A DNA stretch of 64,000 nt from Acidimicrobiales bacterium (GTDB taxonomy: Bacteria; Actinomycetota; Acidimicrobiia; Acidimicrobiales; CATQHL01): NCBI GenBank assembly GCA_963664235.1, contig OY760933.1, positions 3,281,048 through 3,345,047 on the forward strand, in the 5' to 3' direction. A program made the translations under genes and the position numbers. Positions 46,767 through 56,171 of the stretch are shown here, piece by piece. Each line of letters begins with the position of its first letter. Positions within the stretch are counted from its first letter, which is position 1. A model generated the notes under the pieces. It was not told the DNA's origin, made no database searches, and saw nothing but the letters and a program-made list of their open reading frames with translations.

Positions 46767-48080
46767 ATGGAATTCGTGAACGGCGGCAGGCATTTGAGTT
46801 TCGAGCCGCCGCGCCGCGAGCCGGTGAGCTTGGAGCGGTTCTGGGACGAGGTGGCGTGGCAGCGCCGCAACCTCGAAGAGGGTGACACGCTGGTGCCCAA
46901 CCCGGAGGGTCGCTGTTTCACGGTGCGCTACCGGGCGGGGGGTCTGCCCGCGGAGCGGTCCGCGGAGGTCACCGCGACCGGCACGAAGACGATGTTCTTG
47001 TCCCAGCATCAGTGGGGTGAGGGAACCGGCAAGGTGGGTTGCGGCGACTGCGGCGCGGTGGTGCGGGTTTCCCGCAAAGATCCCGCCAAGCTTGCCCACG
47101 GGGAACTACAGGACCGCGTCGTGGACCTCGCCGAAGCCAGAGCGCGCCTCGACGGGGAGTATCTGGCTGCGCTGGGCGAGTTGGCGTCACGCGACGGCGC
47201 CCAGGGCGCCGCGCACCGGCTGCGGGAGATGAACCGCATGACCTCCGCGGCCGCGCGGAGTGACGCCCGCCTTGCGCTGGACCTCCACGACAACGACCTC
47301 GGCGACACGCTCGAATCCATGCGGACCGGGGAGATCAACCTCTCCCACGCCCGGGTGATCGCCCGCGAGGCCCCCAAGAAGCACCGCCGCAGCGAAGGTG
47401 AGTTCCTCGAGCTGTGCCGCGCCTACCCCGCCGACACCGTCGCCAAGCACCCGTTCGCCTACCAGAGCGAAGAGATGTGGGCGGACGTCGCCGCTGAGCA
47501 GGCCGCCAAGAGTCGCGAGCCTGCCGACGCCGAGTACGCCCTCCAGCGCGCCGAACGCAAAGCCACCCTGAACTACGGCGCCGACGGCATGTGGCACCTA
47601 CGCGGCCGGTTCGACTTCCTCACCGGCCGCAGGATCAACCAGGCACTCGCCGCGGCGGTTCGCAAGCGCCGACAGCACGAAGGCTCAGCCGACCACACCG
47701 TCGCCCAACACGGCGCCGACGCGCTCGCCGACCTCATCTGCGGCGACACGAGACCAGACACGCGACTGCTGATCCTCGCCGACTACGACCACACCGCCGA
47801 CACACTCAAGAACCCCCGATTGGACGACGGCACACCCCTATCCGCGGAACTCCTCGCCCAGGAAGCCCTCGACGCCGAGATCTACTGCGCAGTGTTCAAC
47901 GCCGACTGGACCAACCTCGCCTTAGGACGCAGCCGCAACGCCAACGACGCCCAACGCCTCATCCTCGCCGCCCGCGACGGAGGCTGCGCCCACTGCGACG
48001 CCCACACCGAACACCCCCACCACCCGGGGGCCCTGAACCTCGCCGTGGCGGTCACCCGGCATCGCCGACCCCCGACCTAA
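46767..48080 (+). CDS. DUF222-domain protein with a degenerate HNH motif (paralogue of 14800..16317, probably nuclease-dead)
   Basis: The DUF222-like core aligns with copy 1 (…LILADYDH…RLDDGTPLSAE…ARDGGC). The HNH region reads CAHCDAHTEHPHHPGALNLAVAVTRHRR and lacks the W..GG.T segment and the second Cys pair. ATG 46767 lies in an AT-rich island. Confidence 0.65.
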   Translation: MEFVNGGRHLSFEPPRREPVSLERFWDEVAWQRRNLEEGDTLVPNPEGRCFTVRYRAGGLPAERSAEVTATGTKTMFLSQHQWGEGTGKVGCGDCGAVVRVSRKDPAKLAHGELQDRVVDLAEARARLDGEYLAALGELASRDGAQGAAHRLREMNRMTSAAARSDARLALDLHDNDLGDTLESMRTGEINLSHARVIAREAPKKHRRSEGEFLELCRAYPADTVAKHPFAYQSEEMWADVAAEQAAKSREPADAEYALQRAERKATLNYGADGMWHLRGRFDFLTGRRINQALAAAVRKRRQHEGSADHTVAQHGADALADLICGDTRPDTRLLILADYDHTADTLKNPRLDDGTPLSAELLAQEALDAEIYCAVFNADWTNLALGRSRNANDAQRLILAARDGGCAHCDAHTEHPHHPGALNLAVAVTRHRRPPT

Positions 48081-49192
48081 TAGACGCGCGGGATGATCCT
48101 GTAGGGGACCTGCTCGCAGTAGCGGTCCCACAGTTCGCCGTACTTGGCGGCGCAGCGGCGCTCGTCGGCACGCTCTCGGGTCAGCATGAAGGGGATCATG
48201 AAGGCCGGGTAGAGTCAAGGCCACACGCTGGTGAAGTGTCCCGGCGCCAGGGCCAGACCCAGGCTTATCAGGATCTCGCCCAGATAGTTCACGTGGCGGG
48301 AGACGCCCCAGAAGCCGCTGTGAAGCAGGCGGCCCCGGTCGTCGGAGACCGCTTGGGGCTGAATGCCAAGGAATGGGCGCTCCGGTGAGCGCTTGAAGCG
48401 GTACTTCTGCAGGTTTGCGCCCCGAGCCAGAATCCAGCCGGCCACGAAGATCACAGCGCAGGCCGCAAGCCACCACCCCCCGGCGCTCTCGACCAGCGAC
48501 GGCTCCGGCAGGCGGGCGGTGCCCCATGCGCCGACGGCGTAGAAGTAGGGGTAGAACGCCAGGCAGCCCCAGATGATCTTGGCGCCGAGCCGCTCGGCGA
48601 AGATGTCGTAGGTGTACAGGTGGACCCGCTCGAAGACCAGGTAGTCGACGAGGAAGAAGCTCAGCAGGGCGGCGTGCAGGTACACGCCGACATTGGCCTC
48701 CGAACCGTAGCGATCGGCGTGGTAGGCGGCAGCGGACCAGGCGTTGAGGGCCAGCAGCACCGCTCCGAAGACGTAGAGGTACATCTTCGTGTCGATCCGC
48801 CCGGCGAAGGCGAAGTTCTCCACGCGGCCCAGGTAGAAGTCTGAGATCCAGCCCCGTAGACCGGACGAGCGGGATCGCGCCACGGCTCGTCGGGGTGGCG
48901 CGAGCACGAACCACGCCGTTCCCAACGCCCCGAGTGCCGTGGCGCCAGCGGCACCCCACCAGAAGTGCCGCTGCAACCAGCCCCAGGCCAGCCAACCGGT
49001 GCCGCCTGCTATCAGCCAGCCGCCGGTGGCTGCGGCGAGCACCAGGAGTCCGTTGAGGCGGTACGGATAGGGCCCACCCGTGGCCGGGTCGGTCACATAT
49101 CCCGTGACGCGGCGGGCGGGCAGTACGACGTGCAGCGCGAGCAGCCCGGCGCAGACGATGAACGGGGCGAAGAAACCACTCATCACGACCAC
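48077..49192 (-). pseudogene. ERG4/ERG24 (sterol C-14/C-24/7-DHC reductase) family membrane reductase interrupted by an in-frame TGA at 48215-48217
   Basis: LLHSGFWGVSRHVNYLGE sits upstream of the stop. The same frame continues after the TGA as LYPAFMIPFMLTRERADERRCAAKYGELWDRYCEQVPYRIIPRVY*, the canonical family C-terminus. Confidence 0.7.
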
Positions 49193-49206
49193 CGCTGCAC
49201 ACCCGG

Positions 49207-49929
49207 CTAGTAGGTGGCGCGGCCCCCGGAGATGTCGTAGACGGCCCCGGTGGAGAAGCTGCAGGCGTCAGAAGCCAGCCAGGACACCAGGTCGGCCACC
49301 TCGTCGACGAGGCCGAGGCGCCGCATGGGGATCTTGGAGATCATGTACTCCAGCACCTCGGGCTCGGTGTCGGCGTTCATGGGCGTGGAGATGACCGCGG
49401 GCGCCAAGGCGTTGACGAGCACACCCTCGGTGCAGGCCTCCTTGCCGACCGACTTGGTGAGGCCGATCACGGCGGCCTTGCTGGCCGAGTAGGCGACCAT
49501 GTTCGGGTTGCCCTCCTTGCCGGCGATGCTGGCGATGTTCACGATGCGACCCCAGCCGCGCTGCCGCATGCCGCCGATCGTGGCCTTGATCGTGTTGAAG
49601 GTGCCGGTGAGGTTCACCGCCAGGGTCTGCTCCCAGGCCTCGTTGGGCACCTCCCAGATGGGCAGCTGCGGGCCGATGATCCCGGCGCAATTCACCAGCA
49701 CATCCACCTCGCCGATCTCGGCCACGGCGGCCTGCACGGCGGCGAAGTCGGTGACGTCAAGGGTGTGGATGCTGGCCACGTCGTTCGCCATCTGTTCGAG
49801 TTGGTCGGTCTGCAGATCGGCCGCGGCGACGCGCAGCCCCTCCTCGGCCAGACGGACGGCACAGGCCCGGCCGATGCCGCTGGCGGCGCCGGTCACGAGC
49901 GCGATGCGTTGATCGAGATGTCTGGGCAT
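49207..49929 (-). CDS. SDR-family oxidoreductase
   Basis: TGAASGIGRA, NCAGI and YSASKAAV motifs. ATG 49929 is preceded by AAGGAGA. Confidence 0.85.
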   Translation of the reverse strand: MPRHLDQRIALVTGAASGIGRACAVRLAEEGLRVAAADLQTDQLEQMANDVASIHTLDVTDFAAVQAAVAEIGEVDVLVNCAGIIGPQLPIWEVPNEAWEQTLAVNLTGTFNTIKATIGGMRQRGWGRIVNIASIAGKEGNPNMVAYSASKAAVIGLTKSVGKEACTEGVLVNALAPAVISTPMNADTEPEVLEYMISKIPMRRLGLVDEVADLVSWLASDACSFSTGAVYDISGGRATY

Positions 49930-49969
49930 GATTCTGTCTCCTTGTCTGGGGGAACCCGGGGGCGATCCG

Positions 49970-50644
49970 TCAGAGGACTCCGAAGCGTTTGAACGCCTCA
50001 CCGGGCGGCATGCCTTCGCGCACCGCCTGGCGGAACCGGCTCTCACTCGTCGTCTTCGCGACGGCGGTACCCACGACCTCGTCGATGAGCGCCTGGGGCA
50101 CAATCGCCACCCCGTCGTCGTCGCCGACGACGAGGTCGCCGGGGGCCACCGTGACCCCGTCCACCTCGACGGTCACGTTGTGGGCCACCACCTCTCCCCT
50201 GCCGTTGATGTCGCGGGGATCGGCGCCGCGGCACAGCACCGGGAACCCCAGGCTGCGAATGACGCTGCGATCCCGGACGTAGCCGTCGACCAGCGCCCCC
50301 ACGGCGCCGGACGCCATGCAGGCCGTCGAGAGGAGTTCACCCCACAGCGCGGCGTCGCGGAACCCGCCGGTCGCGCCGACCCACACCTCGCCGGACCCGA
50401 TGGCGTCGAGGGCCGCCAGCAACCCCACGTAGGGCACTTCGGGGATCTCGTCGGTGGCCTCGAGCCGCGTGGGGAAGGCGTAGCCCACCAGCACCTCGTC
50501 GGCCACCAGCGGGGCGTAGCCCGGGGGTAGCGACTGGTGTCGCAAGCCGGCTTCGTCGAGGGCGTCGGAGACCAGCGACGAGCCGATCTCAGCGCCCAAC
50601 GCCGCGAGCCGTGCGGTCGTGAATCTCTCGTGTCCAGCTGTCAT
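49970..50644 (-). CDS. RraA-family protein (RraA / 4-hydroxy-4-methyl-2-oxoglutarate aldolase-like)
   Basis: GELLSTACMASGAVGALVDGYVRD and GDLVVGDDDGVAIVP are present. ATG 50644 is preceded by GGAGAG. Confidence 0.78.
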   Translation of the reverse strand: MTAGHERFTTARLAALGAEIGSSLVSDALDEAGLRHQSLPPGYAPLVADEVLVGYAFPTRLEATDEIPEVPYVGLLAALDAIGSGEVWVGATGGFRDAALWGELLSTACMASGAVGALVDGYVRDRSVIRSLGFPVLCRGADPRDINGRGEVVAHNVTVEVDGVTVAPGDLVVGDDDGVAIVPQALIDEVVGTAVAKTTSESRFRQAVREGMPPGEAFKRFGVL

Positions 50645-50826
50645 GTCTCTCCGGCTCTCGTAGGTGAGCCCGTGCGCCACGGCTTCAACCGGAAGGATCG
50701 TGCTGTCCCACGCCGGTACGCACAAAATGCTATCGAGAGCCGGGTCAGGGCGTGTCGCTCACTGTCGCGGCACACCCGGCGGAAACCACGAACAGAGCGC
50801 CGGCGACCACCGTCTAGCCTCCGGTC

Positions 50827-51777
50827 ATGGCTCCTCGAAAGATCATCATCGACACCGACCCCGGCCAGGACGACGCCCTCGCCATCCTGCTGGCGCTCGC
50901 CTCCCCCGAACTGGAGGTGCTCGGCATCACCTGCATCGCCGGCAACGTGCCTCTTGACCTCACGATCCGCAACGCCCGACTGGTCTGCGAGCTGGCCGGC
51001 CGGCCCGACATGAAGATCTTCGCCGGCTGCGAGCGGCCGATGGTGCGCGACCTGGTGACGGCTGAGATCGTGCACGGCGAGACCGGACTCGACGGCCCCG
51101 ACTGGGACGAGCCCACCATGGGTGTGCAGGACATGCACGCCGTGGACTGGCTGGTCGAGGTGCTCATGGCCGCTGAGGACGGGGAGATCACCCTGTGCCC
51201 GGTGGGGCCGATCACCAATGTCGCCATGGCCATGGTCCGCGAGCCCCGCATCGTTCCCAAGATCGGCGAGATCGTGACCATGGGTGGCGGCTTCTTCGTC
51301 GGCGGCAACACCACGCCGGTCGCCGAGTTCAACGTGTACGTGGACCCGCACGCCGCCGCGGTCATGTACCGCAGCGGCATACCGATCGTGACGATGCCGC
51401 TGGACGTGACGCACGAGGCGCTGATGAGCCCCGAGTGGATCGACTCGATGCGTGCGATCGGCGGCGACATCGGCGAGAAGACCTCCGCGATGCTGTCGTT
51501 CTACGGCCGCTATGACATCGCCCGCTACGGCACCCGCGGCGGCCCGCTGCACGATCCCGCCACCATCGCCTACCTGCTGCAGCCCGAGCTGTACGGCGGC
51601 AAGGACGTCTTCGTGGAGGTCGAGACCCACTCCGAACTCACCATGGGCATGACCGTCGTGGACTACTGGGACCGCTTCGGGCGGGAGCCGAACTGCAAGT
51701 GGATCTCCGAAGTCGACAGCGACGGCTTCTTCGAACTCATCCGCGAGCGGCTCGCGAATCTGGCGGCGGCGCTGTAG
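50827..51777 (+). CDS. Nucleoside hydrolase (IUNH family)
   Basis: N-terminal IIIDTDPGQDDALAIL aspartate cluster, the hallmark of this family. Confidence 0.88.
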   Translation: MAPRKIIIDTDPGQDDALAILLALASPELEVLGITCIAGNVPLDLTIRNARLVCELAGRPDMKIFAGCERPMVRDLVTAEIVHGETGLDGPDWDEPTMGVQDMHAVDWLVEVLMAAEDGEITLCPVGPITNVAMAMVREPRIVPKIGEIVTMGGGFFVGGNTTPVAEFNVYVDPHAAAVMYRSGIPIVTMPLDVTHEALMSPEWIDSMRAIGGDIGEKTSAMLSFYGRYDIARYGTRGGPLHDPATIAYLLQPELYGGKDVFVEVETHSELTMGMTVVDYWDRFGREPNCKWISEVDSDGFFELIRERLANLAAAL

Positions 51778-51848
51778 CCCGACGCCGGGCGGGCATTCGT
51801 ACGGCCTGATCGCCAAGGCTACGATCGCCCCGCAACCGGAGGAGAGCG

Positions 51849-52163
51849 ATGATCGTCGAACAGCGGGACTACCACATCTACACCGGGAAGCTGAAAGAGG
51901 TCCTGCGGCTCTACGAGACCGAGGGGATCATCATCCAGAAGGAAGTCCTCGGCAACCTCGTCGGCTGGTTCACCACCGAGATCGGCGCCCTCTCATCGAT
52001 CTGTGCGATGTGGGGATACGAGAACTTCGCCGACCGGGAGCAGCGGCGGTCGGCACTGGCCGCCGATGAGCGCTGGCAGGCCTTCCTGCCGAAGCTGCAC
52101 CCGCTGGTGCACACCCAGCAGAACCGGATCCTGGTGCCGACCGCCTTCTCCCCGATCCAATGA
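51849..52163 (+). CDS. NIPSNAP-family protein
   Basis: 104-aa dimeric alpha-beta-barrel-like protein with IVEQRDYHIYTGKLKEVLRLYE...MWGYENFADRE. RBS GGAGGAG. Confidence 0.65.
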   Translation: MIVEQRDYHIYTGKLKEVLRLYETEGIIIQKEVLGNLVGWFTTEIGALSSICAMWGYENFADREQRRSALAADERWQAFLPKLHPLVHTQQNRILVPTAFSPIQ

Positions 52164-52966
52164 GCGGCACGGAGGCCAGCGACATGTCCGAACTCGTAAC
52201 GCCGAGCAACGAGGACTTCTCGCTCGAGGGGCAGACCGCCATCGTGACCGGCGGTTCCCAGGGCATCGGGCGCGCCATCGCCGACGGCCTGGCCCGTGCC
52301 GGGGCACGCATGGTGATCGCCGACCTGTCCGGAGCGCAGGAGGCCGCCACTCGATACCCCGATGGCGTAGGGGTCACGGCGGACGTATCGGACCCCGGCG
52401 ACATCGACGCCATGGTGGACACCGCCCTCGAGGCCACCGGGCGAATCGACATCCTCGTCAACAACGCCGGCATGTTCACGTCCATCCCGATGCGACCGTT
52501 CGACCAGATCCCCGTCGAGGAGTGGCGGCAGGTGAACGAGATCAACGTGATCGGCACCTTCCTCGGCTGCCGCGCTGTGGTGCCGCACATGCGCCGCGGG
52601 GGCGGCGGGCGAATCGTGAACATCACCTCCGGGACGGTCTTCCGGGGCGTGCCGCTCCTGTTGCACTACGTCGCCAGCAAGGGGGCGGTGCTGGCCCTGA
52701 CGCGGGCGCTGGCCCGCGAGCTCGGCAACGACAACATTCTCGTGAACTCGGTGGCGCCCGGGTTCACGATCTCCGACGGTGTGAAGGAGAACCCCTCCGA
52801 CGTGGACTACGACCACGTCAGCGCCATCTCGATCGCGGCCCGGACGCTCAAGCGCGACCAGTTCCCCGAAGACCTAGTGGCCGCCACGGTGTTCCTGTGC
52901 AGCCCCGGCGCGTCGTTCGTCACGGGCCAGACCATCGTGATAGACGGCGGCCAGTACTTCCACTAA
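52160..52966 (+). CDS. SDR-family oxidoreductase (FabG-like)
   Basis: TGGSQGIGRA, NNAG and YVASKGAV motifs. ATGA overlap with the NIPSNAP gene. Confidence 0.85.
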   Translation: MSGTEASDMSELVTPSNEDFSLEGQTAIVTGGSQGIGRAIADGLARAGARMVIADLSGAQEAATRYPDGVGVTADVSDPGDIDAMVDTALEATGRIDILVNNAGMFTSIPMRPFDQIPVEEWRQVNEINVIGTFLGCRAVVPHMRRGGGGRIVNITSGTVFRGVPLLLHYVASKGAVLALTRALARELGNDNILVNSVAPGFTISDGVKENPSDVDYDHVSAISIAARTLKRDQFPEDLVAATVFLCSPGASFVTGQTIVIDGGQYFH

Positions 52967-53000
52967 CCGAGTGCCGAACAGCACCGTGGGCCACATCGCC

Positions 53001-53029
53001 GTCATTCCGGCGGAGGCCGGAATCCACCG
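53001..53029 (-). repeat. REP-like palindromic element, copy 2 (inverted orientation)
   Basis: GTCATTCCGGC-GGAG-GCCGGAATCCACCG. Same stem and flanks as copies 1 and 3. Confidence 0.7.
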
Positions 53030-53096
53030 TCCAGCGACCCGGCCGGCGCTGCGGGTGGATGGCTCAGCACGCCCCTAGCCGCACTCCGAACTGCCG

Positions 53097-53663
53097 ATGA
53101 GAGCCGTTCTAGCCCTGCACGAGCTCGCCGAAGGCGTGTCGGTTAACCCCGGGAACAGGGTCGTGTACGACCTCACCGCGGACACGGCGTCCTTCGGTGC
53201 CGCCATCGTGGCCGGCGCAGCGCTGTCCTGGGAGTTGACGACCGGGGACGCCGCCAACGGCAGCAGCCCGGAGGCTGCGGGCGCCGCGCTCGCCGCCACC
53301 GTCTATCTGGACGACTCGCAGCAGTGGCTGATGCGCTGTGACCGCGTGGACTTCCCGCCCGGGGCTGTGGCCTACCGGCACACCCATCCCGGCCCCGGCA
53401 TCCGCCGCCTGCTGTTCGGCGAGCTGACCGTGACCACCGGGGGCGTCACGACCACCCACCGGGGGGGCGATCCCTGGTTCGAGAGCGGTCCCGAGCCGGT
53501 GTACGCCGAGGCCTCGGCAACCGGGGAGACGGCGTTCGTGCGGGTGATGCTGTTGCCGGTGGAGTGGGCCGGGAAGCGCACCATCGGCTACACCGACCCT
53601 GCTGACGCCGACCGCCCCGCCCGCCAGCGGGCCAGGGTCTTTCTCGAGGAGCCGCTGGCGTGA
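53097..53663 (+). CDS. Hypothetical protein with a C-terminal cupin-like fold
   Basis: FPPGAVAYRHTHPGPGIRRLLFGELTV looks cupin-like. The stop overlaps the next gene's start (GTGA). Confidence 0.5.
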   Translation: MRAVLALHELAEGVSVNPGNRVVYDLTADTASFGAAIVAGAALSWELTTGDAANGSSPEAAGAALAATVYLDDSQQWLMRCDRVDFPPGAVAYRHTHPGPGIRRLLFGELTVTTGGVTTTHRGGDPWFESGPEPVYAEASATGETAFVRVMLLPVEWAGKRTIGYTDPADADRPARQRARVFLEEPLA

Positions 53664-55360
53664 ACACGCCCGTTCGCCACGGCGGCCGTGTGCTGGTCGA
53701 CCAGCTCCGCCGCCACGGGGTCGACACCATCTTCACGGTGCCGGGCGAGAGTTTCCTGGCTGTCCTGGACGCCCTCCACGACGAGCCGGCGATCCGCACC
53801 GTCGTGTGCCGCCACGAGTCCGGGGCGGCGATCATGGCCGAGGCGCAGGCCCGGCTGCGTGGCGACCTGGGTGTGGCCTTCGTGACGCGGGGCCCGGGGG
53901 CGACGCACGCCTCGGTGGCGGTGCACAACGCGGCGATGAGCGGTGCGGCGCTGCTGCTGTTCATCGGCCAGGTGCCCACCGCGCACCGGGGGCGCGGCGC
54001 CTTCCAGGAGGTGGACTACGAGGCGTTCTTCGGCCCGCTGGCGAAGTGGGCGGTGGAGGTGGACCGCCCGGAGCGGCTGAGCGAGACCGCCGCCGAGGCC
54101 GCCAGGGTCGCGCGGGAAGGCCGGCCGGGGCCCGTGGTGGTTTCGCTGCCCGAGGACGTGCTCGCCGCCGAGGTGTCGGTGGCCGATGCCCCAGTCGCTC
54201 CCCCGCCACAACGGCCGGCGCCGGGGCCCGGGGAATTGGCGGAGTTGCAGGCGCTCCTGGCGTCGGCCACCCGGCCGCTGGTGATCGTCGGCGGCAGTAC
54301 CTGGAGTCCGGCCGCCCGCGCTGCACTCGCAAGCTGGGCCGAGCGCAACAGCCTGCCGGTCGCGGTCAGCTTCCGCCGCCAGGACTACATCGATAACGAC
54401 TCACCCAGCTACGTGGGCTACGCCGGGGTGGGCACGCTGCCGGCTCTCGCCACGAGGATCACCGAGGCGGACCTGATCGTGGCGATCGGGACCCGCCTCG
54501 GGGACACCGCAACCGGCGGCTACACGCTGCTGGAGCCCCCGGTCCCCCGCCAAACCTTGGTGCACGTCCACCCCGACGCCACCGAGTTGGGAAGCGTCTA
54601 CCAACCTCATCTCGCCATCCGTGCCGGCGCGGTGGAGACAGTCGAAGCTCTGTGCGCGGGGGTCTCGGTGGATCCGAGTCCGTGGCGAGACTGGACGGCG
54701 GCGGCGCGCGCCGACCACGAGGCGAGCCTCCAGCGCCGGCCGGCGCCTGGCGGCGTGGACTTCGGCGAGGTGGTGGCGTACCTGGACCAGCGCCTTCCCC
54801 CCGAGTCGATCCTCACGAACGGGGCCGGCAACTTCTCGGTGTGGCCGCAGCGGTACTACCGGTTCAAGCAGTACGGCACGCAGATCGGGCCCCAGAGCGG
54901 GGCGATGGGGTACGCGGTGCCCGCCGCGGTGGCCGCCAAGCTGCACGCCCCCGAGGCTCCCGTGGTGGCGTTCTGCGGTGACGGCGACTTCCTGATGACC
55001 GGCCAGGAATTGGCCACTGCCATGCAGTACAGCGTCCCGATCATCGTGATCGTGATCAACAACGGCATGTTCGCCACCATCAGGATGCACCAGGAGCGCA
55101 CGTACCCCGATCGGCCCAGCGGCTCGGACCTCATCAACCCCGACTTCGCCGCCTACGCCCGGGCTTTCGGCGGCTTCGGCGCCACCGTTGAGCGAACCGA
55201 GGACTTCGCCAGGACGTTCGAGCAGGCAATGGCCGCCGGCGTGCCGTCAGTGCTGGAGTTGCGGGTGGATCCCGAGGCGATCCTCCCCCACGCCACCCTC
55301 AGCGAGATCCGGCAGGCGGCGGTGCGGTCTCGCCGCGGGACCGCACCGCCTGCTCGCTGA
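53660..55360 (+). CDS. Thiamine-diphosphate-dependent enzyme (acetolactate-synthase-like family)
   Basis: VDTIFTVPGESFL, RHESGAAIMAEA, GPGATH and the ThDP motif GDGDFLMTGQELATA...NNG are present. Confidence 0.85.
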   Translation: MNTPVRHGGRVLVDQLRRHGVDTIFTVPGESFLAVLDALHDEPAIRTVVCRHESGAAIMAEAQARLRGDLGVAFVTRGPGATHASVAVHNAAMSGAALLLFIGQVPTAHRGRGAFQEVDYEAFFGPLAKWAVEVDRPERLSETAAEAARVAREGRPGPVVVSLPEDVLAAEVSVADAPVAPPPQRPAPGPGELAELQALLASATRPLVIVGGSTWSPAARAALASWAERNSLPVAVSFRRQDYIDNDSPSYVGYAGVGTLPALATRITEADLIVAIGTRLGDTATGGYTLLEPPVPRQTLVHVHPDATELGSVYQPHLAIRAGAVETVEALCAGVSVDPSPWRDWTAAARADHEASLQRRPAPGGVDFGEVVAYLDQRLPPESILTNGAGNFSVWPQRYYRFKQYGTQIGPQSGAMGYAVPAAVAAKLHAPEAPVVAFCGDGDFLMTGQELATAMQYSVPIIVIVINNGMFATIRMHQERTYPDRPSGSDLINPDFAAYARAFGGFGATVERTEDFARTFEQAMAAGVPSVLELRVDPEAILPHATLSEIRQAAVRSRRGTAPPAR

Positions 55361-55426
55361 GGAGAGCCTCACGACTTCCGCCCAGGCGGTGCACTGCTCC
55401 TGTCTCACCGGTGATACGATTTGGAG

Positions 55427-55663
55427 ATGGCAAGGGTGACGATTCGAGATCTGCGCAACAATGGCGGTGTCGTGATCGACCGTGTTCTCGGCGGCGAACG
55501 TCTCACGGTCACCCGATCCGGGCGTCCGGTCGCCGAACTCCGCCCCCTGACGCGCCGGGCACCCGACCCGGCGACCCTGCTGGATCGATGGCGGCATGTT
55601 CCACAGGTCGATCCCGAGGTTCTCCGGCAGGACATCGACCGAGTTATCGATCCGCGCCTGTGA
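55427..55663 (+). CDS. Phd/YefM-type antitoxin (VapB-like)
   Basis: MARVTIRDLRNNGGVVIDRV...VTRSGRPVAELRPL. GTGA overlap with the downstream PIN gene. Start is ambiguous (TTG 55421, ATG 55427 or GTG 55436). Confidence 0.7.
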   Translation: MARVTIRDLRNNGGVVIDRVLGGERLTVTRSGRPVAELRPLTRRAPDPATLLDRWRHVPQVDPEVLRQDIDRVIDPRL

Positions 55664-56085
55664 AGGTGACCTCGACGACAGGCGGAATTCTCGACACCAA
55701 CGTCGTGATCCTGCTGCCGCGTATCAGCGACCCCGCCGCACTGCCCGCGGAACCGGCGGTCACGGCGATCACGCTCGCCGAACTCTCCGTCGGGCCGCTC
55801 GTGGCGGCAACCGACACAGAGAGGGCCAACCGACAGGCCCAACTCCAGCAGGCCGAATCCGACTTCGATCCCCTCCCCTTCGACGGCGCCGCTGCCAGAG
55901 CATTCGGCAGGGTCGCCGCCGACCTTCGAGGGGCAGGCCGGAAGGCGACCGCCCGCGCCTACGACGCCCTCATTGCCGCCACTGCCATGGCGAACGGACT
56001 CCCCCTCTACACAACCAACCCCGACGACTACGCCGCCATCGCCGAACTCGAACTGGTAACGGTCCCCCACCCCGACGAGTCCTGA
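55660..56085 (+). CDS. vapC: PIN-domain ribonuclease toxin (VapC)
   Basis: GILDTNVVI (first acidic residue), ITLAELSVG, DALIAATAMANGLPLYTTNPDDY. Confidence 0.8.
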   Translation: MKVTSTTGGILDTNVVILLPRISDPAALPAEPAVTAITLAELSVGPLVAATDTERANRQAQLQQAESDFDPLPFDGAAARAFGRVAADLRGAGRKATARAYDALIAATAMANGLPLYTTNPDDYAAIAELELVTVPHPDES

Positions 56086-56171
56086 GCCCGATTCCCGGAC
56101 CACGGACATCGAGCCTCTTGATGGTCCACATTGCGAGCCAGTTTCGAGCGGCGGGTACCCTCGTGGTCTCT

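Noticed and set aside
48215-48217. In-frame TGA as a selenocysteine codon
   Set aside because: I could see no SECIS-like hairpin in the 40 nt after the UGA; the sequence there is a direct CUUCAUG repeat, not a stem. The aligned position is in a variable loop rather than at a redox-active Cys. A nonsense mutation or a sequencing error is more parsimonious.
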